Of a stretch of 54,780 nucleotides of DNA, positions 25,436-37,769 are shown piece by piece. Origin of the DNA: Nemertoderma westbladi. Its lineage: Eukaryota > Animalia > Xenacoelomorpha. Each line of letters opens with the position of its first letter. The first letter of the stretch is position 1. The position numbers and the translations under genes are program-made. The notes below the pieces were generated by a model. The model saw nothing but the letters and a program-made list of their open reading frames with translations, ran no database searches and was not told the origin of the DNA. Location: contig JAUCBJ010005212.1 of NCBI GenBank assembly GCA_032718475.1, positions 1-54,780 on the forward strand, given 5' to 3'.

Positions 25436-26619
25436 TGTAAAAGCTTTTGCGGGTATAATCAGTCCCCTTGCCTGCAGGGTACCGTTGTAGGTGTTTTAAC
25501 GGACATAAAAGTCATTCTTCTATATGTGTGCTTTGGCGGACATGGAAAGGCACAAAACCCGCAATGCGTCAAATCCTCTAGCACAGTGTAGCCTTGATGA
25601 TTCAGATTACGATATCTAACAGCTGGTTGCTGGCATGGAAACGGCCGTTGGACACATGGTTCTTTGTTTAGCTTAACAGCCAATCAGGGCGATTTTTACT
25701 GTCGATGTGGAGATATTCTACAGATCGTGCTAGGCGTGTTCATTCTTACTGTTTCAGTGTTACTGTTGTTGTTGTTCCTTCTAGGCAAAGAACATCGGCT
25801 TTTGGAATGACTCGGTGTTTCAGACTTTTAGTAAAACATTAGTAGGCGTAGATTATAGAACGTATAACTGTTATCGCCATAATTATCAACTAACCAAACA
25901 ATCATATCATATCTTAACCTACCGTCTTAATGCTATTTACTGTTGTTAATATTTGTATCAGTTGGTTGAATATTATTATTCGGAGAACATCGATAAATAA
26001 CCCAAATTTCCCAATCTTCTTGATACACTACAGGTTAGAGAGACAGGATACATATAACAATTGCGACTTATGTTATCGTGGTTTGTAGTGAATCTAATGC
26101 TATTTGATAGGCACTACAAGAGTCAATTGCTGTTCTCTTTATGTGTGATCAAATTCATTGACGGTCGGCAGATTAGTGTGCAGTATTGTGCGGTACCGGT
26201 AGTGTGCATGATTGTGGCTGATAACAAAGCATTTCCTAAAGAATGCGCCTTATACGTGAATCATAAGCCTTACCGTTGTGTTTAGTATAAGTCATAGCTC
26301 TGTTTACCTAGATAGAGCGCCACGTCCTAAAGGAACTGTTAATATTTCCCGAAAGTGAATAATATTAGTCAGGAATTATTTATTAACGATCAATCGAATA
26401 ATACAGTAGGCTTCACTGCAATAATAAAATCTGAGCCCCATCCGAATCCAGTCTCCCGGGTATATCCAGCGGGTGAATGGACGCGCACTAGGCTGGCTTC
26501 GGCTAATGTTGTGTTTATTGGTATTAAATACTTGTCATTTACTAAAAGTCTATTTATAAACCAAAAGACATATAAATTTTAGCAGGTTAAACTGCTAAAG
26601 GTCTTCAAAAGCGCGTACA
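25436..26619 (+). repeat. LTR A (internal/5' LTR of element 1; 1184 bp)
   Basis: TGTAAAAGCTTTTGCGG...AAAAGCGCGTACA. The 3' ~750 bp is very similar to the element 2 LTRs. Confidence 0.93.
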
Positions 26620-26686
26620 AAAACAGTTATCTTCTTTATTGCAGTAAGCAATAAAGTTGAAAGTACCGGTCGACCGGTAAACCTGA

Positions 26687-26885
26687 ACCGGTACTGCTGT
26701 AGGTCCGTAGGCCCAACTGCCAGAATCGGTACTGCTGTAGGTCCGTAGGCCCAACTGCTTGAACCGGTACTGCTGTAGGTCCGTAGGCCTAACTGCCAGA
26801 ACCGGTACTGCTGTAGGTCCGTAGGCCCAACTGCCTGAACCGGTACTGCTGTAGGTCTGTAGGCCCAACTGTCCTAACTGGTACT
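26687..26885 (+). repeat. 38-bp tandem repeat in the 5' leader (5 copies)
   Basis: GGTACTGCTGTAGGTCCGTAGGCCCAACTG at 26690, 26728, 26766, 26804 and 26842. Confidence 0.95.
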
Positions 26886-27064
26886 TCCAGTATAAGTACA
26901 TTAGTATTATTTCGATTGAGATCTATTGTATATTGTAGGCTGCCAGGAGAATAGGGATTGATCACCCCTCATTCTTTTGTATAGTTTACTTATTTCTGTC
27001 AGTCTTATTTACGTGTAAGTTAATATTGAGCTGAAGACGTGTAAGTCTGCTCAGATTGTTCAGA

Positions 27065-27590
27065 TAATTGTAGGCTGGACTGTTGTCTGACTGTTGTTGG
27101 GTCTGGAGAGATTATGGCGTGTGTAGAGTCTGTCTGATAAAGTGCCAGTTAGTAAGTTGGGGCAGCCAGAGCTGTAAGGTGAACCCCCTCCTAAAGAATA
27201 AGTCGTACTACCGTGTTAGAACGCATACTAACTAACCATTTTTGAATCTGCATATACTGTAGTTTATTTAGGCTCGATAGTAGTCTGCCAGCGTTTTAGC
27301 CTGTGTTTGTTTGTGTGGTCTGTTCAGGTTCCGTAATAGTTATTACTCAGATATTTTGTAGGCTGGATTGTTGTCTAGCTATTATTAGGTCTGAAGAGAT
27401 TGCTGCGTGTGTAGAGTTTGTCTGATAAAGTGCCAGTTAGTAAGTTGGGGCAGCCAGAGCTGTAAGGTCAATCCCCTCCTAAAGAATAAGTCGTACTACC
27501 GTGTTAGAACGCATACTAACTAACCATTTTGGAATCTGCACATACTGTAGTTTATTTAGGCTTGATGGTAGTCTGCCAGCGTTTGGTTTG
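27065..27590 (+). repeat. ~288-bp direct duplication in the leader
   Basis: TTGTAGGCTGGA...TAGTCTGCCAGCGTTT occurs at ~27068 and ~27356. Mirrored at ~50090-50610 in element 2. Confidence 0.9.
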
Positions 27591-28958
27591 TATTTTGTTT
27601 GAGTATTCTGTACGGGTAGCGTAATATTTATTATTCAGAGTTTATGCGATTATTCGCAACATTCATGTCCCCAAGTTTATTCCTACAGTAATTGTGCTTG
27701 TTACACATACCGTTATAGTTAAATTAACCCCGGTACTACACGGGCTGCTTGGCGTAGGTAAAGACTGGTGATTTTGTGCACCGGTCACTCCAGCAGATGC
27801 CGTGGTTCTTTTAGCTGTTCAAGTATTTTTAACTACTGATTATTTGTTGTACCAGTACTTGTACCTAATTTAGGGTTTAGTGTACAGTGCTTTCCGAAAG
27901 TAATTAGTGTGTAGGCAGTGTATTGTGTTGTAAAGTGGTTAATAGGCACGTTGGTTCTGGTAGACCGCGGTAATTAACTTCTAGGTAGGAACACTCCGTG
28001 ATACATAATGTAGTACCTATAGCGATACGGCTATAGGTCGTCAGACAGTGGTATTTTCCTATCTGGACAACACAGTGTATTTACTACTACTTATTATTCT
28101 CAAATACCGTAGTATCCTGTCTGTTGTAATAACCAGAAGTTCTAACCCTTTGTTAGACTGGTTTGTAGTTTCCCTGTAAAATTACCCTAAAATTTCGTAC
28201 GTAATATTTTTGTTGTGTTTAGTTAGAGAATTAATCTCACCCGTATCGTAAGTAATTTGTAGATAAGTAACTTAGGAAGTAGAATTATCTGTTTTAGTGT
28301 CTAATAAGTAGCACTTCACTGAGAGCGCACAGCTTTTGTGTAGTGATTACTTCCCAGAAATAGTAACATCTATTTCAATATTGTAGCAAAACCCCTCATA
28401 CGGGTACATATAAATCCACTAAATCTATTAATAAAATAGTAGGCCTGTTATACAACATTTAGGTCTTAAAATCAGTTGGTCTACTGCTTAAATAACGGTG
28501 AACAAGTAAATTAAAGTAACTAAGTACGTAACCCTAAAATTTCAGAAATTCAATTATTCTAAATTAATTGACATACCGGTATTTACAATAGGCTTATCAT
28601 ATTTATTCTATAAATTTAGGCTGAAATTAAACCGGTATTCCGTAATTAATTCTAGTCCAGAATTATACTTATATCTACTATAAGTGTAAGCTGTATACCG
28701 GTATTCACGATAGGCCTATTATATATTTATATATATTTGTGCTAAAATTATATACCGGTACTCTGTGACAAATCTAGTCTGTAATAATACTTATATATAT
28801 ACTATAAGCATACCGGTATTCTAATATATTTTATATATATACCACGTTACACTGAGTAGCAGTATCGGTAATTAATTATTAGGCTAACAGTGATACTGAA
28901 TTACTAGACTTACTTTAACTGTATTTATAGCCGTAGGCATTCAACTGTGTAAACAAAC

Positions 28959-31900
28959 ATGTCAGACGCAACCCAATCACTGTCAGATAGTCTCTTAGAA
29001 AGTGTTAGAATGAGTATTAGACTTAGACAGCGTATTAAAAGGATCTGTGACCAAGATCAAAGTATAGAACATCCTAGATCCAAGTCTAAGTCACCTACTA
29101 TTGTAAGAAAGGCCATCCCTACAGTAGTAGTGTCAGACCCTAGGCTAGTAGAACAGCGTAGGTTTATCATCGGCACTCGGGCCCAAGTCAAGCGGGATCA
29201 AGAAGCAGCTATCAAACAGCAGCAACCTCCTAGCCAAGAACCTAGTTCTCAGTGGCCCGATAGCTCCAGTAGTTCGGATACTGTTGAGCGGTCGCCCGAA
29301 CGCAGAGCGAAGATGGCGGATACGGTTTATGATGAGCGGCCAACCTATGAAGAATCAACCGACGCCACTTCTTCTCAAGTGGAAAGCGAAGTGGAAAGCG
29401 AAGTGGAAAGCGAATTAACAGCAGCAGAGAAGCCGCGAACTAGAGACGGTATTGACATCTATCTGTCAGACTATCAGCGATTCCTAGGAGACGAAGAGTT
29501 GAGGAGACGACTGTCTGGACTTCGCCCTAATAGTGAAGGAACCAAGCTTGTGTTGGACGCAATCGATGCGGAAATGTTAGCTGCAAACCAAGCTAAATTC
29601 GATGAACAACTCCGCATCACTAGAGTCCAAGAAGAACAAGTAAAGAAAAAGTGTATAGAGGACAGAAAGGCAGCAGCAGTAGCAGCGGCAATGGCAGAAG
29701 CAGAAGCGGAAAGAAAGGCGGCAAAGGCAATGGCAGAAGCAGAAGCGGAAAGAAAGGCGGCAAAGGCAGTGGCAGAAGCAGAACGGAGAGCGTCTGAGGA
29801 GACTACCCAACTGGAGTTGGAAAATCTGCAAGAGACGCAAGACATCATAAATAAACAGTTAACTGCTAGTCAAATGCAGATGATGAGTCGATCTACTCCC
29901 AAACGCCAAGAATACACATCATCGGAAGAAGGAGAGACCACCGATCCTGAAGGCGGGGGAAATAGATCTCGTCTAAGCAGGCGTAGAAAAACATCTCACC
30001 ATCACAAATTGCCTGATTTGCCCCCAGCTGTTAGAAGACAACTAGCTAGCACAGACTTAGGTAGTACAGAACCCACAGACCAAATTATTAAGGTCAAAAG
30101 ACTCCCTACGATAGTTGATGAGCCTGAAATAATTAGGCCTGTCGTTCCCAAAGCCACTCTGTGCTAGAGACCCCTGTACTTCCAGAGCTTAACTCTAAAT
30201 TCCCTTTACACAGTACTACACTGCCTGTACCCGGTAGAACAGTCCATGAGAATATCCCTGTCCTGGATGCCGAGAGAGAAATCAAAGATTTGTCTCCCGT
30301 CGTCCCGCGTCTGCCCGCTACAATGTTGGCGACTCCCGCTTCGGCGGTCGAGTGGGTAGAGGAGGGACGGCGGGGGATGAATCTCCTGCTCGGACAGATG
30401 CAGGAGACTGTCCACCAACTCAAGGGAATATTAAGGGAAAGTAGGGTAGAATTGCAAGAAGTGCAGCAAAGTATCGCGCTAGAACGCGACAAATTAGTCA
30501 ATATACAAAAGGGTATACCAATACCCCCTGTAACATTGTGTCAACCTGTTAGGTCTGAAGTATTACATGCGCAAGGTGTGGAGCCTACACGCATCTATAC
30601 TGCTAGTGAAGTAGAAACTCCTATAGCAAACCCTATTAAGGGTGATTATAAACCTGTTGTTAATGATATTCCCTATAGACCTGATAATAATCCGAGAAAT
30701 TTATATACCGATAATTCGATATTAAATAATACGATGGCCCAAGAAAGCTTTATGCGGCAGATGGCTAGAACAGAAGCCCGCCAAGCGGTCAAAGTGGGAG
30801 AGATCGTCAAATTCAATGGAGATGAGATGAAATGGTTACCTTTCAATGAATATTACAAAGATAGCATACAGAACTCTGTACTATCTAACGGAGAGAAACT
30901 TAGATTCCTCATCAAGTGCTTGGAAGGACCTCCCAAGTTAATGGCGTTAAAGTTTATTGGACATCCAGATGGATTAAGACAAGTTTGGGATACATTAAAC
31001 ATCAGGTATGGTAACAAGGATAACATAGCTAAGTATTTGTATGCAAAATTAGTAGCCCCCTGAAAGTTCCTTAGTAGCGGGATTATAGAGTTTTCCGATG
31101 AGATTCAGGAGATCTGTAGACAATTGGATTGGTTAGGTAAGTCTCATGAATATCAGAGTTCCATGGTTATTGGAGCCGTAGTCTCTACTTTACCAAAGGG
31201 TAGAGTATGTACATGCTGGGACAAGAAAGTGTTGTATATGAATGAGCAGCAACGACGAGGCCCTACCATGGCTGATCTCATGTCCTTCTTAGATAGTGAA
31301 GTAAAATTACAACTCATAAAGCTGTCCAGAGAGAAAACATCGGAAAATAAGGTAAGTGAGAAACCCGTTTCTAGGCGAAGGGTAACACCAGTGTGTTATA
31401 CTGACGACGGCGAAAGCCAAGCTTCTCAAGAAGAGGACAGCGGGAAAGACACAGCAAAATCTTACTATGACAACAAGACCTATAAAGACGTAAGTAAATA
31501 TAAGTCTCGAACCAGTGACAGGAGAGAACAGGTAACAACAACTCCTCCTACGTCTCCTAAGAGAATCCACGGAAGAAAGCCCGAAGAAAGAACGAGAGTG
31601 CATAACGTTACCCAAGGTAAAGTGTGTAACATCAAACCAAAATGTGCGCTGTGCGACGGGCCCCACCGTTTGAGTGTGTGTGCTGAATTCCTAAAGAAAT
31701 CCCTGGTAGACAGACGTGAAGTCATGTGGGATAAGCGGTTATGCTATAATTGCCTCAGACAAGGACACCAACGGCGAACCTGTTACTCCGACGTAAAGTG
31801 TGCAAAGTGCGGTGCGAAACATCACATCTTGTTACACAGTGAATTCGAACGAAACAACCCGAGTCAGGTAAGTGAGCCCGAACTACATGTCCAATTCAGT

Positions 31901-33076
31901 GATGTAAATGACACTGATCAAGAATCTGAGATGGAAGGATTCTATACGGACGAATTCTCCGACGCCAACAAATCCTGTTACCTAATAAATACCTCAGTGT
32001 ATCGAGCACTTACGTATGAAAAGGACACCGACAATGAGTTCCCCCCAACTACCTTTGACAGACAACCATCTTGGAAACCTCCAACTTCCAACGTAGGAAT
32101 CAGAGAATTTCCTGCAGTGCAGGTAAGAGTTCACGGTCCTAACAAAAGTTACATAGTGAACGCCCTCCTTGACTCCGGCAGCACAGGAACATTCATCGAT
32201 CAAGAACTAGCCGAAGACATCTTTGCTGGACAACCCAAATTCCGAACTAAGTTGAATATGTCAGGAATTATGCAGGTTTGGAAATCTACCATAACGGCAG
32301 ATTACTATGTAGGTGCGTTGTCCACCCCCCAGGATAAATTAGGAGAACAAAGTATAAGGTCAGTAAAAATGGTGGCTATAAAGAACTTCGCTACTACCCA
32401 AGTAGAACCTTATAACTGGGACGAGGACGAGAGCATCCAGCAGCTTAAGATACCTCGATTCCACACAGATTATCCTGGAGTGCAAATACTCATCGGCCAA
32501 AACGCGCATGAGGCGCTAGAGACATTGGAGAAACGGCCTGCTCAACCACAGCCACTACAAACCTATGCGGTAAGAACTAGAGTAGGTTGGTACTTCACTG
32601 GCCCTTCCCGTAGAACTCTCAAAGAGAGATTACCTCAACAACAGGTATACCAAGTAAAGGAATGGGAAGTGGAGAGCAGTGAGGTGGACGAACTAACTGA
32701 GGGAACACCATACTCCTCAGATAATGACGATATTAACTCCAATGTAGATCAATGGAGACATTGCCTTGGGACGATTAATCCAGCCAACATCGCTTCCAGA
32801 GGAGCAACTCCTCAAGAACTGATAGATACTCCAGGCTGGTTAGGTGGATCCGACTTCTTAAGTAAAGAAGTAGAAGAATGGCCTCCTCATCTTACCACGA
32901 CGGAGATTAGACAGGCCAAGGGAGCGGAGAAAGTAACACAACAACTCAATCGCCCAGCTGGTCGTTTATGTTTACTGGAAAGAGACCGAAAACTGTCCGG
33001 AAACTATGGAAGGCAAGATACTCTTCCTACGACCACTTCCCTAATCCGACAAATATCTAGGGACTCCATAACGTAA
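28959..33076 (+). pseudogene. BEL/Pao Gag-protease polyprotein lacking RT/RNase H/integrase cores; 1-nt deletion ~30160 and CGA>TGA at 31061
   Basis: Gag core KFNGDEMKWLPF...LSNGEKLRFLIKCLEG. Triple knuckle CALCDGPH..C / CYNCLRQGH..C / CAKCGAKHHILLH. Protease ALLDSGSTGTFI, then AVRTRVGWYFTGP. Followed only by QWRHCLGTINPANIASRG...WP and RPAGRLCLLE. Confidence 0.93.
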
Positions 33077-34728
33077 TAACATATGGAGTGGGCGTGTGAC
33101 TATATCATTTTATATTTGTTTTTATTTTATATTTATGTATGTATTATTATGTAATTTTATTATAATCGTTTTCTTTAATTTTATTTAGTAGAATGTTATT
33201 TTAGTGATTATTTAGTAGATTAGTGCAATATATTAGTGTTTATTACGTACGTAATTACTTATAATATATATTTAGTGCGATAGCGAGAAATAATTATTTT
33301 TCTCTTTCCTTACTGTCCGTATCATATTATAAATACGTGACTACAGTAAGATGAAATGTCCGTACTTATTAAAGTACAATAAAGCCACTACTATATTCAA
33401 GTATTATTGGTAGGCAGAGTATTAGGAATGCAAAGTTCAGATCCTCGTGTCTCGGCTAAACCAAGCTCTGGGTAGACCTTGGAAACGACTTGCCTCTTCA
33501 CACTGACATTGCTTCGTGCAATATTGCTCTCATACCATATATAATAATACATATAGTAGCGTGATGTCCCTCTAACAGTAGCGTGAAACGCAAATAAATC
33601 TGTTAAACCTTTTGTCCATCTGTAATTCTAGTCGATTAAGATATCGCGGCACCCACCGATATACTTGAAAGACAAATTCTAGAATCAGTGGTTAACGTCC
33701 CCAGACAAGTTCTGGAATAAATTGGTGCCCATCTCAAATATTAATTATTTAATATTTATAAATCTATAAATCAAAAATCTGTAAAATTCAGATCCTTTAA
33801 CAATTCTAGTCGATTAAGATATCGTAGCACTTACCGATACTCTTAAAAGACAATTTTCAAAGAATTAAGGATCCTATGTCCCCAGACCTGCTCTGGAATC
33901 AAATTGTGTCAATTGTACTATCAAATAATAAAATTTCAGGGAATAAATTTAAATTCATATTTTAATGAATTTAATAAATTTTCATTCTGTGCAATTTATA
34001 ACATTCCCAAAATCCCATTAATTAATAGATCACGGGAGTGGAGATTCATCCTATTAAGTGTGTTAGAGTGTGAGAATCTCCCATGTATGAGTCAATAGCC
34101 GATAAAATTTATAAAATCATGTATAAACGAGATATTGGACCATTAAAGAATTACTATTAAATAGCATCCCAGATCTGTATGCATTGGAATTACCCTAATT
34201 CTACCGCTAGCTTTCCATAATGTCACCATAGTAACACCCACGCTAGAATTAGAAGCAAGTTAAAAGGAACAATAAAAACTTGCCCATTGCATAGAGTAAG
34301 AAATAAATAGCGCACTGCTAGTATCCAAGGATACATAATAATAACGTGGCATTCTGGAAGGCACTGACTAACGGACAAATGGCCCGAGTGTGTGCAATCA
34401 ATTTGTGACAGTTGTGTGTGTGGAGTTTGTGAGTTTATAGGCGAATGTTACTACTAAGGTGTGTTTACAGTAGCGAGTCGCAATTGTGAAAGTAACCCTA
34501 ACTCTCCAATAAGAACCTAAAGTGTATCTAAGCCTTTGGGACGGACAGTGGAGTGACTTGTGCTAGTGTCGTTGTCGTTGTGTAGCTACACGTTGGCGGA
34601 AAACACTGCGACGACGATACATCTGCGCTGAGGATCTTACACTGTCCGGGGGCTGATTGGGGTAGGCAGCGACGCTCGCTAGCCTAATTATAAGCTCATT
34701 ATAATATTAATAAACTCATATATAGCAG

Positions 34729-36030
34729 ATATAACGGAGTTGATAGAAGATGGTCTAGGTATCGGGGAGCGATATACTCTACCTTTACAAGTGTTTGTTG
34801 ATAGCTTGATACGCGGCGACGCTAGTCCAACTACTACGGAGGACGATGGTCGTTATATCGAACCGACGATTTCCTAGAAGCAACTTACGCGTGAATTGGA
34901 CTATGGAAAATTCACCGCTCGCTACACGCATCGTAATAGTACGTATATGGACTTCTTAACCATTGGCCATTCTATCGATTCACACGATACGGACTATGTC
35001 GAACATATATCCTACCCAGCGGAGTCGGAACGATAAACTGAAATTCGAATGCGAAAATTCTATTCGAAATCGACTCGAAAGAAAAGACATTAGAGAGACA
35101 AATGGACGCGGTAACTCTAACGTATATTTGGAATTCTTGATAGAAGCATTGTAACAACAAATAAATATCATCCGCGTTTCCCCTACCAGACGTGTGTCTT
35201 TGGTATTATTACGATAAATGCCCTAGACCCAACTAATAAACGGAAAGACATAAACATCCACGGAAACTGAAACTTGTTCGACATATCACCTACGCTCGCT
35301 CGACTCAGACGATCCTTGAGTAAACCTACGATCATAGTTCCGGAATACTCGGTCAGACCACCTCGTTCCTTGATTAGACCTCAGACTTTCGATTCTGATG
35401 GTATCCCGGATCCTCACGAGCTGTATTCACTGTTCAAAGATCTAGTGCTACCCTAACAATTAATCGGTAACACTCCGGCAGCGAGCTCTAGCTAGCCGCC
35501 CATCTTACCTAGCCGTATTGGGACGCGGACACCTAATATCACCATTCAACCGTATGGTCGTCCCAGTTTAACGCGATACAACCCTTCATCAAGGTGAAGG
35601 AGAGCGTTGTACGAAACAAGTTAAACGCTATTCTACAAAGATCAGAAAGGAAACCTGCGTTTGTTCAGATAAACGTAAGTTATAACAGCAAGTCCAAACG
35701 GTAAACGAATTGGCTTTATCTCAGTTCGATTGGGAAATCTTGAATCTCTAAGAAGATATCGAGCTTAGACAACCCTCTTCTCTGCGAGAGTTTTGGACGA
35801 GCGTATCCAACGACAAGCGGAGGAAAATCAGCTCGAGGAGAAGCAGATCGAAATGGACGAGACACTGACCGTAACCCTAAACCTTCTGATGCAATTGTAT
35901 TGCACCCTTCACCCAGGAGTTATAGCCCTCCTAGTAAAGTGGCTCGCCCCAAAGAGAAAAGGACTCTTGCTAGTCTCAAGAAACTGCATAAACGCCGTCC
36001 GCGCAAGAAAAACTAACTGTTTAGAGTATC
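34729..36030 (+). pseudogene. Accessory gene copy B (diverged, differently deleted, multiple stops)
   Basis: ITELIEDGLGIGERYTLPLQ aligns with 42725-42994 (-). LFDISPTLARLRRSLSKPTIIVPEYSVRP aligns with copy A. Lacks the knuckle segment. Confidence 0.65.
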
Positions 36031-36093
36031 TTTATATTTTAGAAACTGTGATTTTTATATTTTATAGACTAAAATCCCATTTTCTGGGAGCGG

Positions 36094-37314
36094 TGTAAAA
36101 GCTTTTGCGGAATTGCCCTGTTATTTTCCCCGTAAAGTACTCTGTAGTTGGTTTAGCAGGCATAAAAGGCCGTGTCATTGCTGTACCGGTGTTTTTAGGG
36201 GACATAAAAGCTATTTCTTCTGTATGTGTACTTTAGAGGACATAATTAGCAATTCTATGACGCAACGCCCTAGATCCTCTTGAAACAGTGTCGTTACTAT
36301 GACGACAGCTAACGGCTGAGCTTTACACGTATAGCTTGCCCTGAGCCTTGCCTTGGTTCTTTGTTCTGCTCAGCTCAAAATGACGACATCTATCAGCTGT
36401 GTCCATGTGGAGCCTTTTGCCATTCGACCAATCAGAGATTCCCTCTTTGTGTAAAAGCTGTACAGCAGAATTACAGGATTCAGTACTGACGTTTCCCCCA
36501 CGCCTAGAACACCGGCCGGGGAATGTTTTCTGACATTAGAGCGTCTTTAATTATAAGATCATCAAACGGTTATCACGGTTTTGCACCTCGGCATCTGATT
36601 AAGCACCCTGACGTAAACTGCTTTTCGCCGCATTATTTACTGCTATTTACTGTGTTGTTAATTGTATCGTTCGTTTACATATTATTATTGGGAAGAATAT
36701 TGATAACGATCCGAAAACCCAATCTTCTTGATACACTAAGGTTAGAGAGACCGGTTACATATAACAATTTGCGACATACATTATCGTGGTTTGTAGTGAG
36801 TTCAATGCTACTTAATAGGCCCTACAAATGTCGGTTGTTATTCTCTTTATATATGATTAAAATCAGTGAATGTCGGCAATTCAGTGTGCAGTTGTGTGCA
36901 ATAGTCTGTGTGTGCTTGACCGAGTAACAAAGCATTTCCTAAAGAATGCACTTTGGTGATCTATAAAACATACTGTTGTGTATAGTGTAAGTCATAGCTC
37001 TGTTTAAATAGATAGAGCGCCACGTCCTAAAGGAACTGCTAATATTTCCCAAAAAGTGAATAATATTTGTCAGAGATTATATATTAACGATCAATCGAAT
37101 AGTACGGTAGGCCTGCACCGCAATCAAATTAAAGCATCCAAATCCAGTCTCCCGGGTATATCCAGCGGGTGAATGGTCGCGCACAGACTGGCTTTGGCTA
37201 ATGTTAGAATTATTATAGGTGTTCAATACTTGTCATAGGCTGGAGTAGATTTATAACCTAGAAGACATATAGATTTGGCGGGTTAAACTGCCAAAGGTCT
37301 TAAAAGCGCGAACA
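36094..37314 (+). repeat. LTR B (3' LTR of element 1; 1221 bp)
   Basis: TGTAAAAGCTTTTGCGGAAT...AAAAGCGCGAACA, followed by the TSD. Preceded by CCCATTTTCTGGGAGCGG. Clearly diverged from LTR A. Confidence 0.93.
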
Positions 37315-37769
37315 TCCTTAGATCATCATAATGATGATGGGGTGATGATAACTCCCCATACTGGCTCCAGAAGTCGAGGAAAAACTGCCAAGTACCTAAC
37401 TGATCTAGACTTTGCTGATGACTTAGGAGTACTCTCGGAATCACTAGAGGGAGCCGAACGGCTCCTCAGCTCATTAGAACATGCTGCTTCTAGTGTTGGT
37501 CTTTTTATTTACTCCAGAAAGACCAAAATTTTGACAGTTAACTTTGAAAGTCATCAGCAAGATCAGCCGATGAGCATAAGCTCAAAAGATGGTATGCTTG
37601 AGCATGTGGATGACTTCTGTTACCTGGGATCATGGATCCGGAAGTCAGATGAGGACCTTCGAATACGTAAGGGAAAGGCATGGGCAGCCTTGAATAGGCT
37701 TTCCAGGATTTGGAAGTCACCGAGAATTAATTGGAAACTTAAGGTCCGGTTATTTAGAGCAGCAGTAGT
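37315..37769 (+). mobile_element. RTE-like LINE, segment 2 (RT catalytic FADD to thumb)
   Basis: LTDLDFADDL...VGLFIYSRKTK...VDDFCYLGSWI...KVRLFRAAVV. Confidence 0.95.

Larger units (their letters stand above)
23887..37314 (+). mobile_element. Composite BEL/Pao-type LTR element (element 1), 13.4 kb, TSD TCCTT, inserted in the LINE RT
   Basis: TCCTT|TGTAAAAGC...AAAAGCGCGAACA|TCCTT. Removing it restores the LINE frame LRMSL-DHHNDDG...FADD. Confidence 0.95.
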
